IMG/VR virus record: IMGVR_UViG_3300045988_162215
Source of the DNA: a virus
Length of the DNA stretch: 64,000 bases
Reading direction: 5' to 3' (one strand)
A model generated the notes under the pieces. The model ran no database searches. It saw only the letters and a program-made list of their open reading frames with translations, and was not told where the DNA came from. A program made the position numbers and the translations under genes. Shown here piece by piece: positions 36,318 through 46,752 of the stretch; position 1 is the stretch's first letter; each line of letters opens with the position of its first letter.

Positions 36318-36593
36318 TTATGCTTCTGCTGCTGCTTTCTTGAGAGCCTTTGCCCTGCGAATAAGCTGCTTACTCTTTAACTTCTTAGCATCATATGCTT
36401 CTACAAGCTGCTTATCTTCGGCTTTCTTAATATTATCAATATCCTTGCAATGCTTAATTCGCTCCTTAGAATCTGTGGATACAGACGTGTTCTTAATCAT
36501 ATTAGAAGCCTTCTGCATTCTTCTGGTCTTTTCTGCTTCAGATTCATTAGAAGCAATACTGTTCGTAAATACTATTGTCCATGTCTTTCCCAT
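36318..36593 (-). CDS. Lys-rich small hypothetical protein
   Basis: ORF plus promoter 36636-36664. Confidence 0.35.
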   Translation of the reverse strand: MGKTWTIVFTNSIASNESEAEKTRRMQKASNMIKNTSVSTDSKERIKHCKDIDNIKKAEDKQLVEAYDAKKLKSKQLIRRAKALKKAAAEA

Positions 36594-36635
36594 AATAAAA
36601 TCTCCTTTACTTTCTATCCTTTATCTTATACATAT

Positions 36636-36664
36636 ATTATATCAAAAATTTTTTAAGTTTTCAA
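36636..36664 (-). promoter_or_regulatory. promoter TTGAAA-N17-TGATATAAT (copy 1 of a 50-bp direct repeat)
   Basis: Upstream of 36318..36593. Confidence 0.5.
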
Positions 36665-36677
36665 ATTTTTGACTAGC

Positions 36678-36747
36678 AGCCCCCACGGGACTCGGACCCG
36701 CGATGTCGCAGTCAAAGTGCGATGTGTTACCAACTACACCAAGGGGC
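36678..36747 (-). tRNA. tRNA-Gln (anticodon TTG)
   Basis: Cloverleaf: D stem GTGT/ACAC. Anticodon stem TCGCA/TGCGA with loop CTTTGAC. T arm GCGGG-TCCGAGT-CCCGT. Confidence 0.6.
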
Positions 36748-36756
36748 ATCAAAATA

Positions 36757-36790
36757 GCGTGGTGTGGGAGTCGAACCCACTATTTACATC
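36757..36790 (-). pseudogene. orphan tRNA 3' fragment (T arm GTGGG-TTCGACT-CCCAC plus acceptor 3' strand), no 5' half
   Basis: Sequence GTGGGTTCGACTCCCACACCACGCT with no matching 5' acceptor, D arm or anticodon arm upstream. Confidence 0.5.
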
Positions 36791-36820
36791 CCACTATTCA
36801 TCTCTTTATCTTATACATAT

Positions 36821-36849
36821 ATTATATCAAAAATTTTTTAATTTTTCAA
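36821..36849 (-). promoter_or_regulatory. promoter TTGAAA-N17-TGATATAAT (copy 2 of the direct repeat)
   Basis: Upstream of the tRNA fragment and tRNA-Gln. Confidence 0.5.
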
Positions 36850-36924
36850 CTCATACATCTATAAAAATAAAATTTTTAGTATTATAGAATATGCTTATTT
36901 TTCCTTTCTCAACTTTCTGTATAT

Positions 36925-36953
36925 ATTATAACAAAAAATTTTTAAAATTTCAA
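36925..36953 (-). promoter_or_regulatory. promoter TTGAAA-N17-TGTTATAAT
   Basis: In tandem with 36821-36849. Confidence 0.5.
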
Positions 36954-37000
36954 ATAAAAAAATGCGGCAGCCGATGGTGAGATCCCAAAGCGGCTGCCGC
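36951..37000 (-). terminator. intrinsic terminator after the holin-like gene
   Basis: 10-bp GC stem GCGGCAGCCG/CGGCTGCCGC with 16-nt loop plus ATTTTTTTATTT. Confidence 0.5.
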
Positions 37001-37005
37001 GCACT

Positions 37006-37392
37006 TTAATTCCTATGTTTCAAATCATATAATTTAGCTTGGATAATGCTATCAACCCATGTATCAAAATCTGCATTTGCTTTTGTTAATAATTGATAGC
37101 CTTCCATAGTCATAGATGCAATAGCTTTATCTATTGCTATTTTCTTTATTTCTTCTATTTTTTCTGGAGTCCAAGCATCAGTACCCTTAATATCTTTAAC
37201 CACAGTATCTTGAACATCTTTGACTACATTCTCGATTGCTGTATAAAGCATTTCAGTGTACTTACCAAGCTTTTTTGTTTCAAGATAACTTTTAACTTGT
37301 TTACCTATAAAAGTAAAGAATGGAATTATAATAATTGTCCAAATTGTTTGTAAGACTGTTGCCCAGTCTATTGTTGATAAAAATTGACTCAT
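37006..37392 (-). CDS. putative holin-like membrane protein
   Basis: N-terminal TM segment WTIIIIPFFTFIG, then a charged amphipathic C-terminus. Located before the tail-fibre module. Confidence 0.35.
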   Translation of the reverse strand: MSQFLSTIDWATVLQTIWTIIIIPFFTFIGKQVKSYLETKKLGKYTEMLYTAIENVVKDVQDTVVKDIKGTDAWTPEKIEEIKKIAIDKAIASMTMEGYQLLTKANADFDTWVDSIIQAKLYDLKHRN

Positions 37393-37600
37393 TTTTATTC
37401 CTCCTTATTGCCCCATATTAAAGAATCATTTACTTTAATATAGATATTGTTTAAATCAAATTTTGTATTTATAGCATAATTATACATTCCAATCTAAATC
37501 GCTTCTTCAAATTCTCATTAGTATTGTAACAGTTGCGTGTGATTCTATTTATTATATTTCTGGAAGTTTTGCTATATACCTTCGACTAGAATTATATTGA

Positions 37601-39604
37601 TTATTTTTCTGTCCACCCACTCCATGATTGAGTATCTGTATTGTAGACGTTGAGCCAGATGCGGCAAGGTTGTGGATATGCCTCATATAAGATGACTATT
37701 ATCTTACAACCATGTCTAGAACTCCCATCTTGGTTTATGTTTGGTATTTTTTTAACCTCTCGATAGGCATAAAATGTTCCACTTACAGGAGAATTATAAA
37801 CATTAGATCCTTCGCTTGCTACATATCCACTACAATCAGGAGATTTAAAATGCTTTAAATCTGTTGTTATATTCAAGCAATCACTTACCAAATTATTGAT
37901 TGCACCTTTTGGAGTAAACTTATTTATTTCGCTTAAATTCGAGTTTAGCGTAGATAATGCACCTGTAACAGTACCATTTCCTATTGATGAAATATCCGTT
38001 GTTCCTATCTTAGATAGTCTTGCATCATTACCTGCACATACTGTTCCAGCAGTAGTGCCTGTTTCCCAATTGTTAAATGAAATTGTTTGATCTACTTTTC
38101 CTGTAAAAGTTGATACAACTGTACTATTTTTTTCTCTCATATATATAGTTAATGCGCCAGTTCTAGCAGTAGCACCTTCTTCAATGCTATCTAATTTTGA
38201 TTTGTCGGACGAACTCATAAAGCCATTCAATGAAGTTGTAGCAGTTGTATGAGTATGAGATGCAGGTGTAAATGTGCTTGGTTTACTTGTAATTTCACTC
38301 CAAGAATAACTTGGCTTTTTACTAGCTTTTGCCCAAGCATATACGTCTGATGCTGGTGCTGAACCTGCTGTGTTAGCGTAGTTAACTGATTGAGAGCTGA
38401 TATTATTTGTTGTTATAAGCTCTGCGCTTCTAGTCCAAGAAGTTCTATCTGCATCGCTTCCCATAATAAACGCTTTCATTTCTTGTCTATCTACACCGAT
38501 AGCAGTAGCACCACCTACATCACTACCTGAATAACAATCCATAATAATCCAGTCTTTATAATGATTATCTCCATTTACAGTAGTGTTCATCATTAAGAAA
38601 CCAACTTTATTCACACCAAAATAATTTGGATTTTGTTGCCCTCCATTATTTGTATATGAACCTGTCACTGTCCCAGCTCTATTAGCATAATTAACACTAA
38701 AATTAATAGGATTGTACACATACATATTTGATGAATCGTTTCCACCCCAAATCCAAGTAGGTTGTCCACCTTGTCCTGACCAGTTGAAATGATGTCCGTC
38801 AACAGTATCGGCATTACCACCATTAGCAGGCAGAGATGTTGGAAAATCAGTTATTTGTGATTTTGTATGAGTGTGACTACTAGCAGCTTTTCCATCTACA
38901 AGACCTTTTAATACCTTACCTTGAGCAGCAGATAAAGAATCTGTTGTACTATTGCTTGTAAGATTATTTTGAATACCTCTCCATGTATTATTATCAGTTA
39001 ATTCAATAGTAGTATTACCACTCTGATTCATAGTAAATGTGCCTTTATTTGTACCAGCTTGCTTAATTGTAACAGTTCCATTGCCAACAGTAGGAATTGT
39101 AGGTTTATTTGTTAAATCATTATAAGAACCACTAAAACTACTTGTTCCAGCTCCAATATTTGCTCTTGCATTAGCTTTTTCAGTACTACTCAAACCTTGA
39201 TTTGCAACTGTAGATACAGCTTTAAAATTACCAACATTACCTAATCCAACTTCACTTGCAGTATATGTTGGTTTAGTTGATGCTTTAGCCCATGCATAAA
39301 CATCACTAGCAGGTCTAGCATTAGTTAATCTAGCATCTGTATTTTTAACATATCCTACATCATCTGTAAATTCACTTAATTTTGAATATGTTGTATCTGT
39401 GAATTTAGCGTTACTTGGTACATTAACACCTACTGTATGTCCACCAACAGTAGCAGCATTACCACCGTTGGCCGGCATAGAAGTAGGAAAATCTGTAATA
39501 TCAGATTTTAAATGAGTATGTCCTATTTTAGAAAATACTTTAGCTATTTTATCAGCAAAATTTTTAAATTGTGTAGAGAGATATGTTTTATTTACATAAC
39601 CCAT
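37601..39604 (-). CDS. tail fibre protein (paralog A)
   Basis: N-terminus MGYVNKTYLSTQFKNFADKI shared with the next gene. Repeated ITDFPTS(M/L)PANGGNA.TV.GH and SDVYAWAKASKKP(T/S)Y motifs. Ser/Thr/Gly/Asn-rich. Confidence 0.6.
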   Translation of the reverse strand: MGYVNKTYLSTQFKNFADKIAKVFSKIGHTHLKSDITDFPTSMPANGGNAATVGGHTVGVNVPSNAKFTDTTYSKLSEFTDDVGYVKNTDARLTNARPASDVYAWAKASTKPTYTASEVGLGNVGNFKAVSTVANQGLSSTEKANARANIGAGTSSFSGSYNDLTNKPTIPTVGNGTVTIKQAGTNKGTFTMNQSGNTTIELTDNNTWRGIQNNLTSNSTTDSLSAAQGKVLKGLVDGKAASSHTHTKSQITDFPTSLPANGGNADTVDGHHFNWSGQGGQPTWIWGGNDSSNMYVYNPINFSVNYANRAGTVTGSYTNNGGQQNPNYFGVNKVGFLMMNTTVNGDNHYKDWIIMDCYSGSDVGGATAIGVDRQEMKAFIMGSDADRTSWTRSAELITTNNISSQSVNYANTAGSAPASDVYAWAKASKKPSYSWSEITSKPSTFTPASHTHTTATTSLNGFMSSSDKSKLDSIEEGATARTGALTIYMREKNSTVVSTFTGKVDQTISFNNWETGTTAGTVCAGNDARLSKIGTTDISSIGNGTVTGALSTLNSNLSEINKFTPKGAINNLVSDCLNITTDLKHFKSPDCSGYVASEGSNVYNSPVSGTFYAYREVKKIPNINQDGSSRHGCKIIVILYEAYPQPCRIWLNVYNTDTQSWSGWTEK

Positions 39605-39617
39605 ATATTATCCCTCC

Positions 39618-40640
39618 TTATCCAAAATATGTTGAAAAATCTATATTTGAATTTTCTACTGCTAAAAGATCTGTGGATGTGCCGTTGGTATTCGCGGAAA
39701 GTGTCCCTGTGGATGCATTAACGCTAATACTTCTGACGCCAGTATTCGTAACCGTAATGGAACCAGAACTTGTGATTGGCCCTCCCGAAACGCCAATTCC
39801 GCCTCCAGCAGTTAAATTAACACTTGTAACAGTTCCACTTGGCTCATCACCAGATGGAATATAAATCCATTCAGTTCCATTAGAAATAAACATATCTCCC
39901 ACTTTAGCTGCGGCTCCCGCGTAGGTGCCAGCTGTGATAACCTTATATGCCCAACCATCATTATCAGAAGATGCGGCTGGTAACGCAGTAATAGTACCAT
40001 CAGTACCTAAACTACCTTGGAATGTCATAGGAGCTTTTGTCATTTTATCTAATTTAGCCTTATCTTCTTTTGATAAAAGACCATCACTTGTAGAAGTAGC
40101 TTTTTCATAAGTAGTATCTGTAAATTTAGCATTTTGTGGAACAGATGTACCAATAGTAAAACCACTGTCTGCAACAGTATATCCATCTGCACCCCATGTT
40201 ACTACGTGTCCTGCGGTTGTGCCGCTTGGTAATCCTTTAACCTGGGCATCGTTTGTTACATTATCTAAACCTAAAGATTCTTTTGTAACTGAATCTATAG
40301 CTTCTTTTACAGCAGTACCTGATTGCGGGTTGCTAGACTTAGGATCGTAACTCTGGTCTGCTTGAAGACTAGACGAGCCCGCGCCGATATTTGCTCTAGC
40401 TTGTGCCTTCTCTTCTTCTGTAAGAGATTGAGCTGTTGTTAAAACAACATTATCAATATTGGCTTCTACATCTGAAGCTGAGTTTGCGCTAAATGAAGCG
40501 ACTGTTGTTCCATTTTGCTTAAGTGTTAATTTACCTTCATTTACTGTAGGTAAATCTGTTTTCTTTGCAAATATTGTTGAAATTCTAGTTGCAAAATTTT
40601 TAAACTGAGTTTCAAGAAACTCTTTATTTATATAACCCAT
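39618..40640 (-). CDS. tail fibre protein (paralog B)
   Basis: N-terminus MGYINKEFLETQFKNFATRI. LT(L/I)KQNG..V.SFS repeat motif. Confidence 0.6.
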   Translation of the reverse strand: MGYINKEFLETQFKNFATRISTIFAKKTDLPTVNEGKLTLKQNGTTVASFSANSASDVEANIDNVVLTTAQSLTEEEKAQARANIGAGSSSLQADQSYDPKSSNPQSGTAVKEAIDSVTKESLGLDNVTNDAQVKGLPSGTTAGHVVTWGADGYTVADSGFTIGTSVPQNAKFTDTTYEKATSTSDGLLSKEDKAKLDKMTKAPMTFQGSLGTDGTITALPAASSDNDGWAYKVITAGTYAGAAAKVGDMFISNGTEWIYIPSGDEPSGTVTSVNLTAGGGIGVSGGPITSSGSITVTNTGVRSISVNASTGTLSANTNGTSTDLLAVENSNIDFSTYFG

Positions 40641-40649
40641 TTTGACCTC

Positions 40650-41084
40650 CTAATTAAAATATTCTGAAAAATCTATATCAATATTTTCTTTTTCATTTTC
40701 TGAAATGTAATTAGAATCATTATCTAATTCACTCACTTTCGTCGGTGTAATCAGCTCTATATCAGCATCAAGGGCTTGATTAAGGGAGAACGAACCGACG
40801 GCCGCGCCATTTTGGAAAACTGTAATTAAACCGTCTCCCACATGCGCTTGTGAAAAATTTAATAAATCATATTTTTTAGTTTGTGTATTCCATACATATA
40901 AATCTTTATTATTTATAACATATAAAATAACTTTAGAGCCTATTGTTGGTAATTCTCCTATACTGTTTGCTCTATAAATTGCTTCTTTTGATAAGAAATT
41001 AGCAACTTCAACATTTAAGTTTTCACTTGTAGATAAATTTGTATCAAAAAGCAAGTCTGGGCAAACCATTTCTACATCTAGCAT
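40650..41084 (-). CDS. tail-associated protein sharing fibre repeat motif and C-terminal IDFSxYF tail
   Basis: GDGLITVFQNGAAVGSFSLNQALDADIEL. C-terminus NIDIDFSEYFN vs. NSNIDFSTYFG in paralog B. Confidence 0.4.
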   Translation of the reverse strand: MLDVEMVCPDLLFDTNLSTSENLNVEVANFLSKEAIYRANSIGELPTIGSKVILYVINNKDLYVWNTQTKKYDLLNFSQAHVGDGLITVFQNGAAVGSFSLNQALDADIELITPTKVSELDNDSNYISENEKENIDIDFSEYFN

Positions 41085-41420
41085 TTAATCACCTACTTCT
41101 GTATTTTCCATTAACTTTGGATTTAAAATATCATCAACAGATACATCAAAAATAGGAGAAGCACAAACTGTTCCATCTACAAGCAAGATTTTTAATTGTG
41201 CTTTAACTAAAGGCATAGAAAATTTTAAAGTCTCTTCTTGAGTAAATCCAGCTGAAATAGTCATCTTATCTTCATCTAAATCTACTTCTTTATTTAAATA
41301 AGATTTATTTAATAAAGAATAATTTTTATTTTTAATTGAGATCCATACATCTTTAATTTCAGAAAAATCTTCTAAATTATTTATTTTGAAAATAATTCTA
41401 GGAGTTGTTCCTCTTATCAC
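41085..41420 (-). CDS. hypothetical tail-module protein
   Basis: ORF only. Confidence 0.35.
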   Translation of the reverse strand: MIRGTTPRIIFKINNLEDFSEIKDVWISIKNKNYSLLNKSYLNKEVDLDEDKMTISAGFTQEETLKFSMPLVKAQLKILLVDGTVCASPIFDVSVDDILNPKLMENTEVGD

Positions 41421-41707
41421 TCTTCCTTTACCTCCTTTTTTTTAAAATAGTGGAAGTGGGTAACCACTTCCACTTATATTTATTAGATACGGAAGCAGAC
41501 GGGCGCCGCCACCCAGTCATAAGTAGCAATTCCCGCTGCCAAAATAGAACAGAAGAGTAGTGACTACTCCTCATACTCCTTGCCAACAATACTAGCGTAT
41601 TCTTCTTCTGTAATAATACCTTTTACGACCATATTTCTAACTCTGACTTCACTCCAAAGACCAGAATCATAATATGACTTAATTTTATTATACATTTTGC
41701 TCATACA

Positions 41708-41989
41708 TTATACCTCCAAATCTATCCCAGACATCAATGCTATATAATCAATATCTGCACGTTGTTTCTGAATATCTATAATCTCCAATTCTTTCAAATA
41801 TTCTTGATATTCTGCTTTAGTCAACTTAGCTTCTTCATATTCATAAAAAATAGTTTCTTTTCCAGACATTTCATCTGTCTTTATGTTTTCTACAATATTC
41901 TGTCTTATATATACAGTCGTTTTAGAAGAAGTAGTGTCAACTAAATCAGGCTTTACAGAAGATTGTGATTTTATATATTTTAATTTCAT
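41708..41989 (-). CDS. hypothetical protein
   Basis: ORF only. A 45-aa ORF (about 41570-41704) follows with an ATG overlapping the stop. Confidence 0.35.
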   Translation of the reverse strand: MKLKYIKSQSSVKPDLVDTTSSKTTVYIRQNIVENIKTDEMSGKETIFYEYEEAKLTKAEYQEYLKELEIIDIQKQRADIDYIALMSGIDLEV

Positions 41990-42004
41990 AACTAATACCT
42001 CCTA

Positions 42005-44206
42005 TTAAGTTGTTGCAAGTGGTTTGCAAGAAATGGCAGCGCCGGACCACCAGCCCGCAATAGAAGGCGCCATGTCCAAAATCGAGGACAACGCACCCAC
42101 AAGAGAAGCGGAGCCAATAGCGCCCCTCGCACACGCATAATTAACTTGCGAATTATTAAACCATAATCCATCACAATAATAAGTTGTTGCACTTCCACTA
42201 GCAATAGTAGGTATTAAACCATTGTCAGTAATTAGCATCTTACTAAGGTATCCACTATGTGTACCGCTAGGTGTAGCACCACTAATAGTAATATATCCAC
42301 TACCAGTTTCATTGTATCCATCAGTTGTTGAACCGTCAGTCTGTCCATAAGTCATCTTGATTTTCTGTGTTCCTTTATCATTGATCCAACCGCCAATACG
42401 GCTATTTATATTTCCATACCAATGTTCTATACCAAATACTTTAACACCACTGACATTATCTTGATTTCCCCAGAACAATCCTTTTGTATTCATAGTACCT
42501 GTATTCTTAATATCTCTAGTAGAACCAGAATTAGTGCCTGCTCCGAATACAGTCTGCGTATCAGTTGATTTACCAATAAGCAATAATAGAAGATTGATTA
42601 ACACTCTGTCATTAAACAATTCTGTATACCAGATTATATCTGAACTTGTATTATTTGCTTTTGCATAAGTGATTTCAGTAGTAGCAGTCTGATTTGTCAT
42701 AGGTGCTTTGCCTGAAATACTTCTTAGTACGCTATTGACATTACTTCCGTTGTAGATTGGCATATAACAATATTCTATCTCATTGCCATTATTGTCAATA
42801 TGCGACCAACAAACAAAATCATCAAGTTTTTTATCACAGAAATAAATATTTGCAGTATTATCACCATTATTTACGATCTTCCAATATACCTTCGGAATAC
42901 CAACCATAGCATTTCCACCATAGGAATCATTAGCAACATCAGAATCAGTACCGTCAAGTTTCTTGGTATAATCATTTGGATTTAATTCATAATCAACTGT
43001 ACCGTCATATTTAAGCATACAAGGCTTCAATTTTTTGATAAACCAAGCATCACCCCAGTCCCCGTAATCAAACGTATTTGTCGAATAATTCATATGCGCA
43101 GATTTATATATGGCATTATCACAATCAGAAAGATATGTAATCATACTTGCCGGGTTAGACTCATTCTGGTCAAGTTTGAATCCATACAAATTATAGTCTT
43201 TACACTTAATACCAACAGTTTCATTAAGAGTAGAGGTATTATAGAAACCTGTTGTGCTTACGGGGAATGCCTTGTAATAATACACATCGTCAATATTAGC
43301 AGAAAGTGAAGTATCAACATAAAATTTATTCTTATGCTGTCCAAACTCGTTGCGCTTTACTTCAACGACTAAATCACCGTCTGTTTCATTGACAGGTGCA
43401 GAACCAAGTTTTCTTCGAATAATTACTTTATCTACAATACAAGCAACCTGACCGTCAATAATTGTATCGGCAGGTTCTTCCCATTTCAGCTTGTATTTTG
43501 CAAGTTCTGTGTCATATACCCCGTTAATAGATACCATAGGTTGTGGCATCATATTCATTATATAAACATTGTCAGGTGTAATAGATGTATCTACCCAAGT
43601 AGAAGTAGCAGTATCATAATATTGAAAATGCCCATTATAATATCTCAAATTTCCAAATCCATTAGAAGTTAAGAAATCAGCTTGAATATCAACAGACAAT
43701 TTTCCAATATTCTGTGTTGAACCATCTGTAAAGGTGACAATTATACTATTATCCTCATCTTTTGTGATTGATTGGATGGATTTTCCATCTTTACCATTTG
43801 TTCCTTGTGCTAATATTCCAGTATCAGTATCACCAATGAACCAATTCTTTGTGATTGGATCAATATGTGGAGTAATGCCATTATCACCATCTGGACCTTT
43901 TAATGATTCCAGCCATTCAGTTTCAGTACCGACAAATCCATTATCAACTGCAATTTCGTATGCGGATTTTCCAGCAGTTCCACCGCCTGAACCTTCTAAA
44001 ACTCTCCATTTACCAAGAACGGGGTCAATATCGTTATTTATATTATATACATACATCTTACCTGTTTCTTCACACATTGCATGGAAGATATTTGGTAAGT
44101 AGTTAGGAGAGTATGAAACCATATCAAGAATAGTTGCGAAACTGTCACGCTCAACATTTTGCTTTTTATTTTGAATTTTAAGATTATCAATCAAGCTAAT
44201 AGCCAT
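42005..44206 (-). CDS. tail fibre / receptor-binding protein
   Basis: Gly/Ser/Thr/Asn-rich beta-type composition. Located in the fibre module. Confidence 0.5.
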   Translation of the reverse strand: MAISLIDNLKIQNKKQNVERDSFATILDMVSYSPNYLPNIFHAMCEETGKMYVYNINNDIDPVLGKWRVLEGSGGGTAGKSAYEIAVDNGFVGTETEWLESLKGPDGDNGITPHIDPITKNWFIGDTDTGILAQGTNGKDGKSIQSITKDEDNSIIVTFTDGSTQNIGKLSVDIQADFLTSNGFGNLRYYNGHFQYYDTATSTWVDTSITPDNVYIMNMMPQPMVSINGVYDTELAKYKLKWEEPADTIIDGQVACIVDKVIIRRKLGSAPVNETDGDLVVEVKRNEFGQHKNKFYVDTSLSANIDDVYYYKAFPVSTTGFYNTSTLNETVGIKCKDYNLYGFKLDQNESNPASMITYLSDCDNAIYKSAHMNYSTNTFDYGDWGDAWFIKKLKPCMLKYDGTVDYELNPNDYTKKLDGTDSDVANDSYGGNAMVGIPKVYWKIVNNGDNTANIYFCDKKLDDFVCWSHIDNNGNEIEYCYMPIYNGSNVNSVLRSISGKAPMTNQTATTEITYAKANNTSSDIIWYTELFNDRVLINLLLLLIGKSTDTQTVFGAGTNSGSTRDIKNTGTMNTKGLFWGNQDNVSGVKVFGIEHWYGNINSRIGGWINDKGTQKIKMTYGQTDGSTTDGYNETGSGYITISGATPSGTHSGYLSKMLITDNGLIPTIASGSATTYYCDGLWFNNSQVNYACARGAIGSASLVGALSSILDMAPSIAGWWSGAAISCKPLATT

Positions 44207-44224
44207 GTTTTATCTCTCCTTTCT

Positions 44225-45295
44225 TTATGCGAATATCATTGTTACACCGTCAAATCCGGCTGGATCAATTAAGTAGTAGCAAATATAAATAATACCATCA
44301 ACAGTTACTTCCTGTTTTGCATATGAATCAAAAACACTCCAACCTGTTCCTTGGTCTTTAATAGAAGTTAATTCTCCACCAGTAGGCAAGTTCTTTGGAT
44401 ACGCATATACAATTCGTCCAAATGTTGCGTTAATATTTCCATATGTAAGTGCCTTTTTAATTTTCAGAGAAGTTTCTGATAATCCTTTGATTAAAGTTTC
44501 TGTGATAGTAAAATCAGAACCATCATCCTCAATAACGCCATAATAAGACTGTCCAACAAAATACACATTCGTATTTGCACTAATCTTTGAACTCGTTCCT
44601 TTAATATCTTCACACTCAATCTTTACATTGAATGTCTTATTAGTAGCAGGAGAGAATGTATGTGTATAACTTACCAATCCACCAGTAGGATGAGTTGTAT
44701 CTGTTTTTACTAATACATTATCTACATAGAATCTGACTTCTTTAATATTTTCTGACTTTTTCGTTACATTAGCATTGATAGTAATACTTGATAATGTTTC
44801 ACTAACTGTGTCATAAATAGTCTTCACAGGATTGATACCTAAAGTCATTGTAGGTTTCTCATAAGGATGGAGCAACATATCAATAACATCTGGTAATGGT
44901 GTTTTATCAAATACTTGATTGTTCTTAATTCCACCTAAGTTAACAGCAGATGTTCCTGTGTAGGTATCTCCACCAGAACCACCTTGACCGTCTGCTCCTC
45001 TAAGGTTTGGAGTAGTAAATGTTCCGTCAGCAGTTGTTACATCTAATTTATAAATCTCATCTGTGTTGTTTTCATTTTCTGTGATAGTAGGGGAAAAACC
45101 ATCTTCTGGCTTCTTAATAGTTAATTCGCTTGTTTGAGATGCACCACTTGTATCTGTCCACTCGAAAGTGATGATATAAGAATCATCTGTCTCTGTCTGT
45201 GACTTGATAGTACAAGGTGCACCTTTGAGTGCTCCAACTCCTAAAAGAGCTTTATCAGTATAACTCTTTGCCAATGCATATGTTAAAATATCCAT
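44225..45295 (-). CDS. tail fibre protein (N-terminal domain paralogous to 49453..51201)
   Basis: LAKSYTDKALLGVGALKGAPCTIKS.TETDDSYIITFEW vs. LAKKFTEQSMSGTGSVAGAPCTIKSITKEGTTNTVTFEW. Confidence 0.5.
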   Translation of the reverse strand: MDILTYALAKSYTDKALLGVGALKGAPCTIKSQTETDDSYIITFEWTDTSGASQTSELTIKKPEDGFSPTITENENNTDEIYKLDVTTADGTFTTPNLRGADGQGGSGGDTYTGTSAVNLGGIKNNQVFDKTPLPDVIDMLLHPYEKPTMTLGINPVKTIYDTVSETLSSITINANVTKKSENIKEVRFYVDNVLVKTDTTHPTGGLVSYTHTFSPATNKTFNVKIECEDIKGTSSKISANTNVYFVGQSYYGVIEDDGSDFTITETLIKGLSETSLKIKKALTYGNINATFGRIVYAYPKNLPTGGELTSIKDQGTGWSVFDSYAKQEVTVDGIIYICYYLIDPAGFDGVTMIFA

Positions 45296-45311
45296 TTATT
45301 TTCTCCTTTCT

Positions 45312-45506
45312 TTAAATCTGTTTCCATTCTCCTTCAGAGTTCAACATATAAACATTAGAAGTAGAAATATCAAGAATCGTGCTTCCTGGGCTTGCATAGT
45401 CATACTCTTCAGCTACTTTAGCTACATCAGAGGCGGAATCCGCGACTAAAGAAAGTATGTTATATTCAACAGTATTACCTTGTTGTATTATATTTATCAT
45501 ATCCAA
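45312..45506 (-). CDS. small hypothetical protein
   Basis: ORF only. Confidence 0.3.
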   Translation of the reverse strand: MDMINIIQQGNTVEYNILSLVADSASDVAKVAEEYDYASPGSTILDISTSNVYMLNSEGEWKQI

Positions 45507-45558
45507 TATCTCCTTTCATTCATTCCTAATTTACATAAAAAAAATAAGGTCAGGATTT

Positions 45559-46695
45559 TTATATCCTGACCTCATCAATAGTATAGATATAGCCTTCATC
45601 ACCTAGCACACCAGATTTTTTATCTAATTCATTTACCCAATCTGGAAGTTCTTTTCTAATTAAATCAAATTCTTCTTTTCCTTTATAATCGCTCTTTTTT
45701 ATTTCATCCATAAAATCAAAGAAAGTAATTTTAGGAATAATGCCTATCATATCTTGAGCATGAGCTGCATATTGAATAGTGTACATATCTTGAAGAACTT
45801 TTTTATCAATTTGATTTTCTATTTCTTTATAACAAGAGAAATAGAATCTTTGTGCATTGAAGAAATTCTGACGCGCGAAGAGCGGTTTGCGCTCCAAACA
45901 CTGGACATATGTGAAGTATTGACCTATCATCATTTCTACAGTGAATCTAGTTATATTACCATTAAATGGATTGTGCTTTTTGCAAAATTTAATTGCATTT
46001 ATAGACGCGGCGGTCGCGCCTACTTGGCATAGATCCCAGTTATAGAGTGGCTCACCATCATTTTCTTCTATTCCAATTCTAGTTATAGAATGCTCAGACC
46101 CAGTTCTCCAAAAATAAATTGGATCATCTATAATGTTAATCTTAAATGGACTTCCTTCTACGGTCATTCGTATCCTCCAGTTGAACTCTCCATCCTCCAT
46201 GGCTCTAAGTTCTGAGAACTCAATATCGTGCTCCCGCAAGAATTTGACATTGTACAAGCGCCCGAATAGCCACGGGTGCGTAGCATCATTGCGGGGAAGT
46301 AATCTAATACCTTGCGGATTTGGATCTCTTATCTCCTGAAAGAAAGGTCCTTGAACCTCAACGCAGTTAGGAGTCACGCTGCTAATCAACCGCTCTAGCG
46401 CGAGTGGTCCCATAAATACATCATCTGCATCTATGAAAGTAACCCAAGGGGTACTACATTTCTCAAGTCCTCGCTGCCTTGCAACGCCCGGCCCGCGGTT
46501 CTTTTCACATTCTACTATTGTTATATCTAAATCTGGATAATTTGAAACAATATCAGAGTAATTATCTCCAGGATTGTCCATAGAGATAATTACTGAGACA
46601 TTATCTTTAATAGTTTGAATTTGAATAGATGCAAGACAATCTGCTATATGCTTTTCTGCTTTATAAGCTGGAATTACAACAGTTATATCTTTCAT
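45559..46695 (-). CDS. family 2 glycosyltransferase
   Basis: VVIPAYKAEKHIADCLASIQ...DADD (GT2 DxD). Confidence 0.7.
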   Translation of the reverse strand: MKDITVVIPAYKAEKHIADCLASIQIQTIKDNVSVIISMDNPGDNYSDIVSNYPDLDITIVECEKNRGPGVARQRGLEKCSTPWVTFIDADDVFMGPLALERLISSVTPNCVEVQGPFFQEIRDPNPQGIRLLPRNDATHPWLFGRLYNVKFLREHDIEFSELRAMEDGEFNWRIRMTVEGSPFKINIIDDPIYFWRTGSEHSITRIGIEENDGEPLYNWDLCQVGATAASINAIKFCKKHNPFNGNITRFTVEMMIGQYFTYVQCLERKPLFARQNFFNAQRFYFSCYKEIENQIDKKVLQDMYTIQYAAHAQDMIGIIPKITFFDFMDEIKKSDYKGKEEFDLIRKELPDWVNELDKKSGVLGDEGYIYTIDEVRI

Positions 46696-46752
46696 TTATT
46701 TAAGCTCCTATTGTTTTTCTTTTATTATAGCAAATTTTTATAAAATTGTCAA

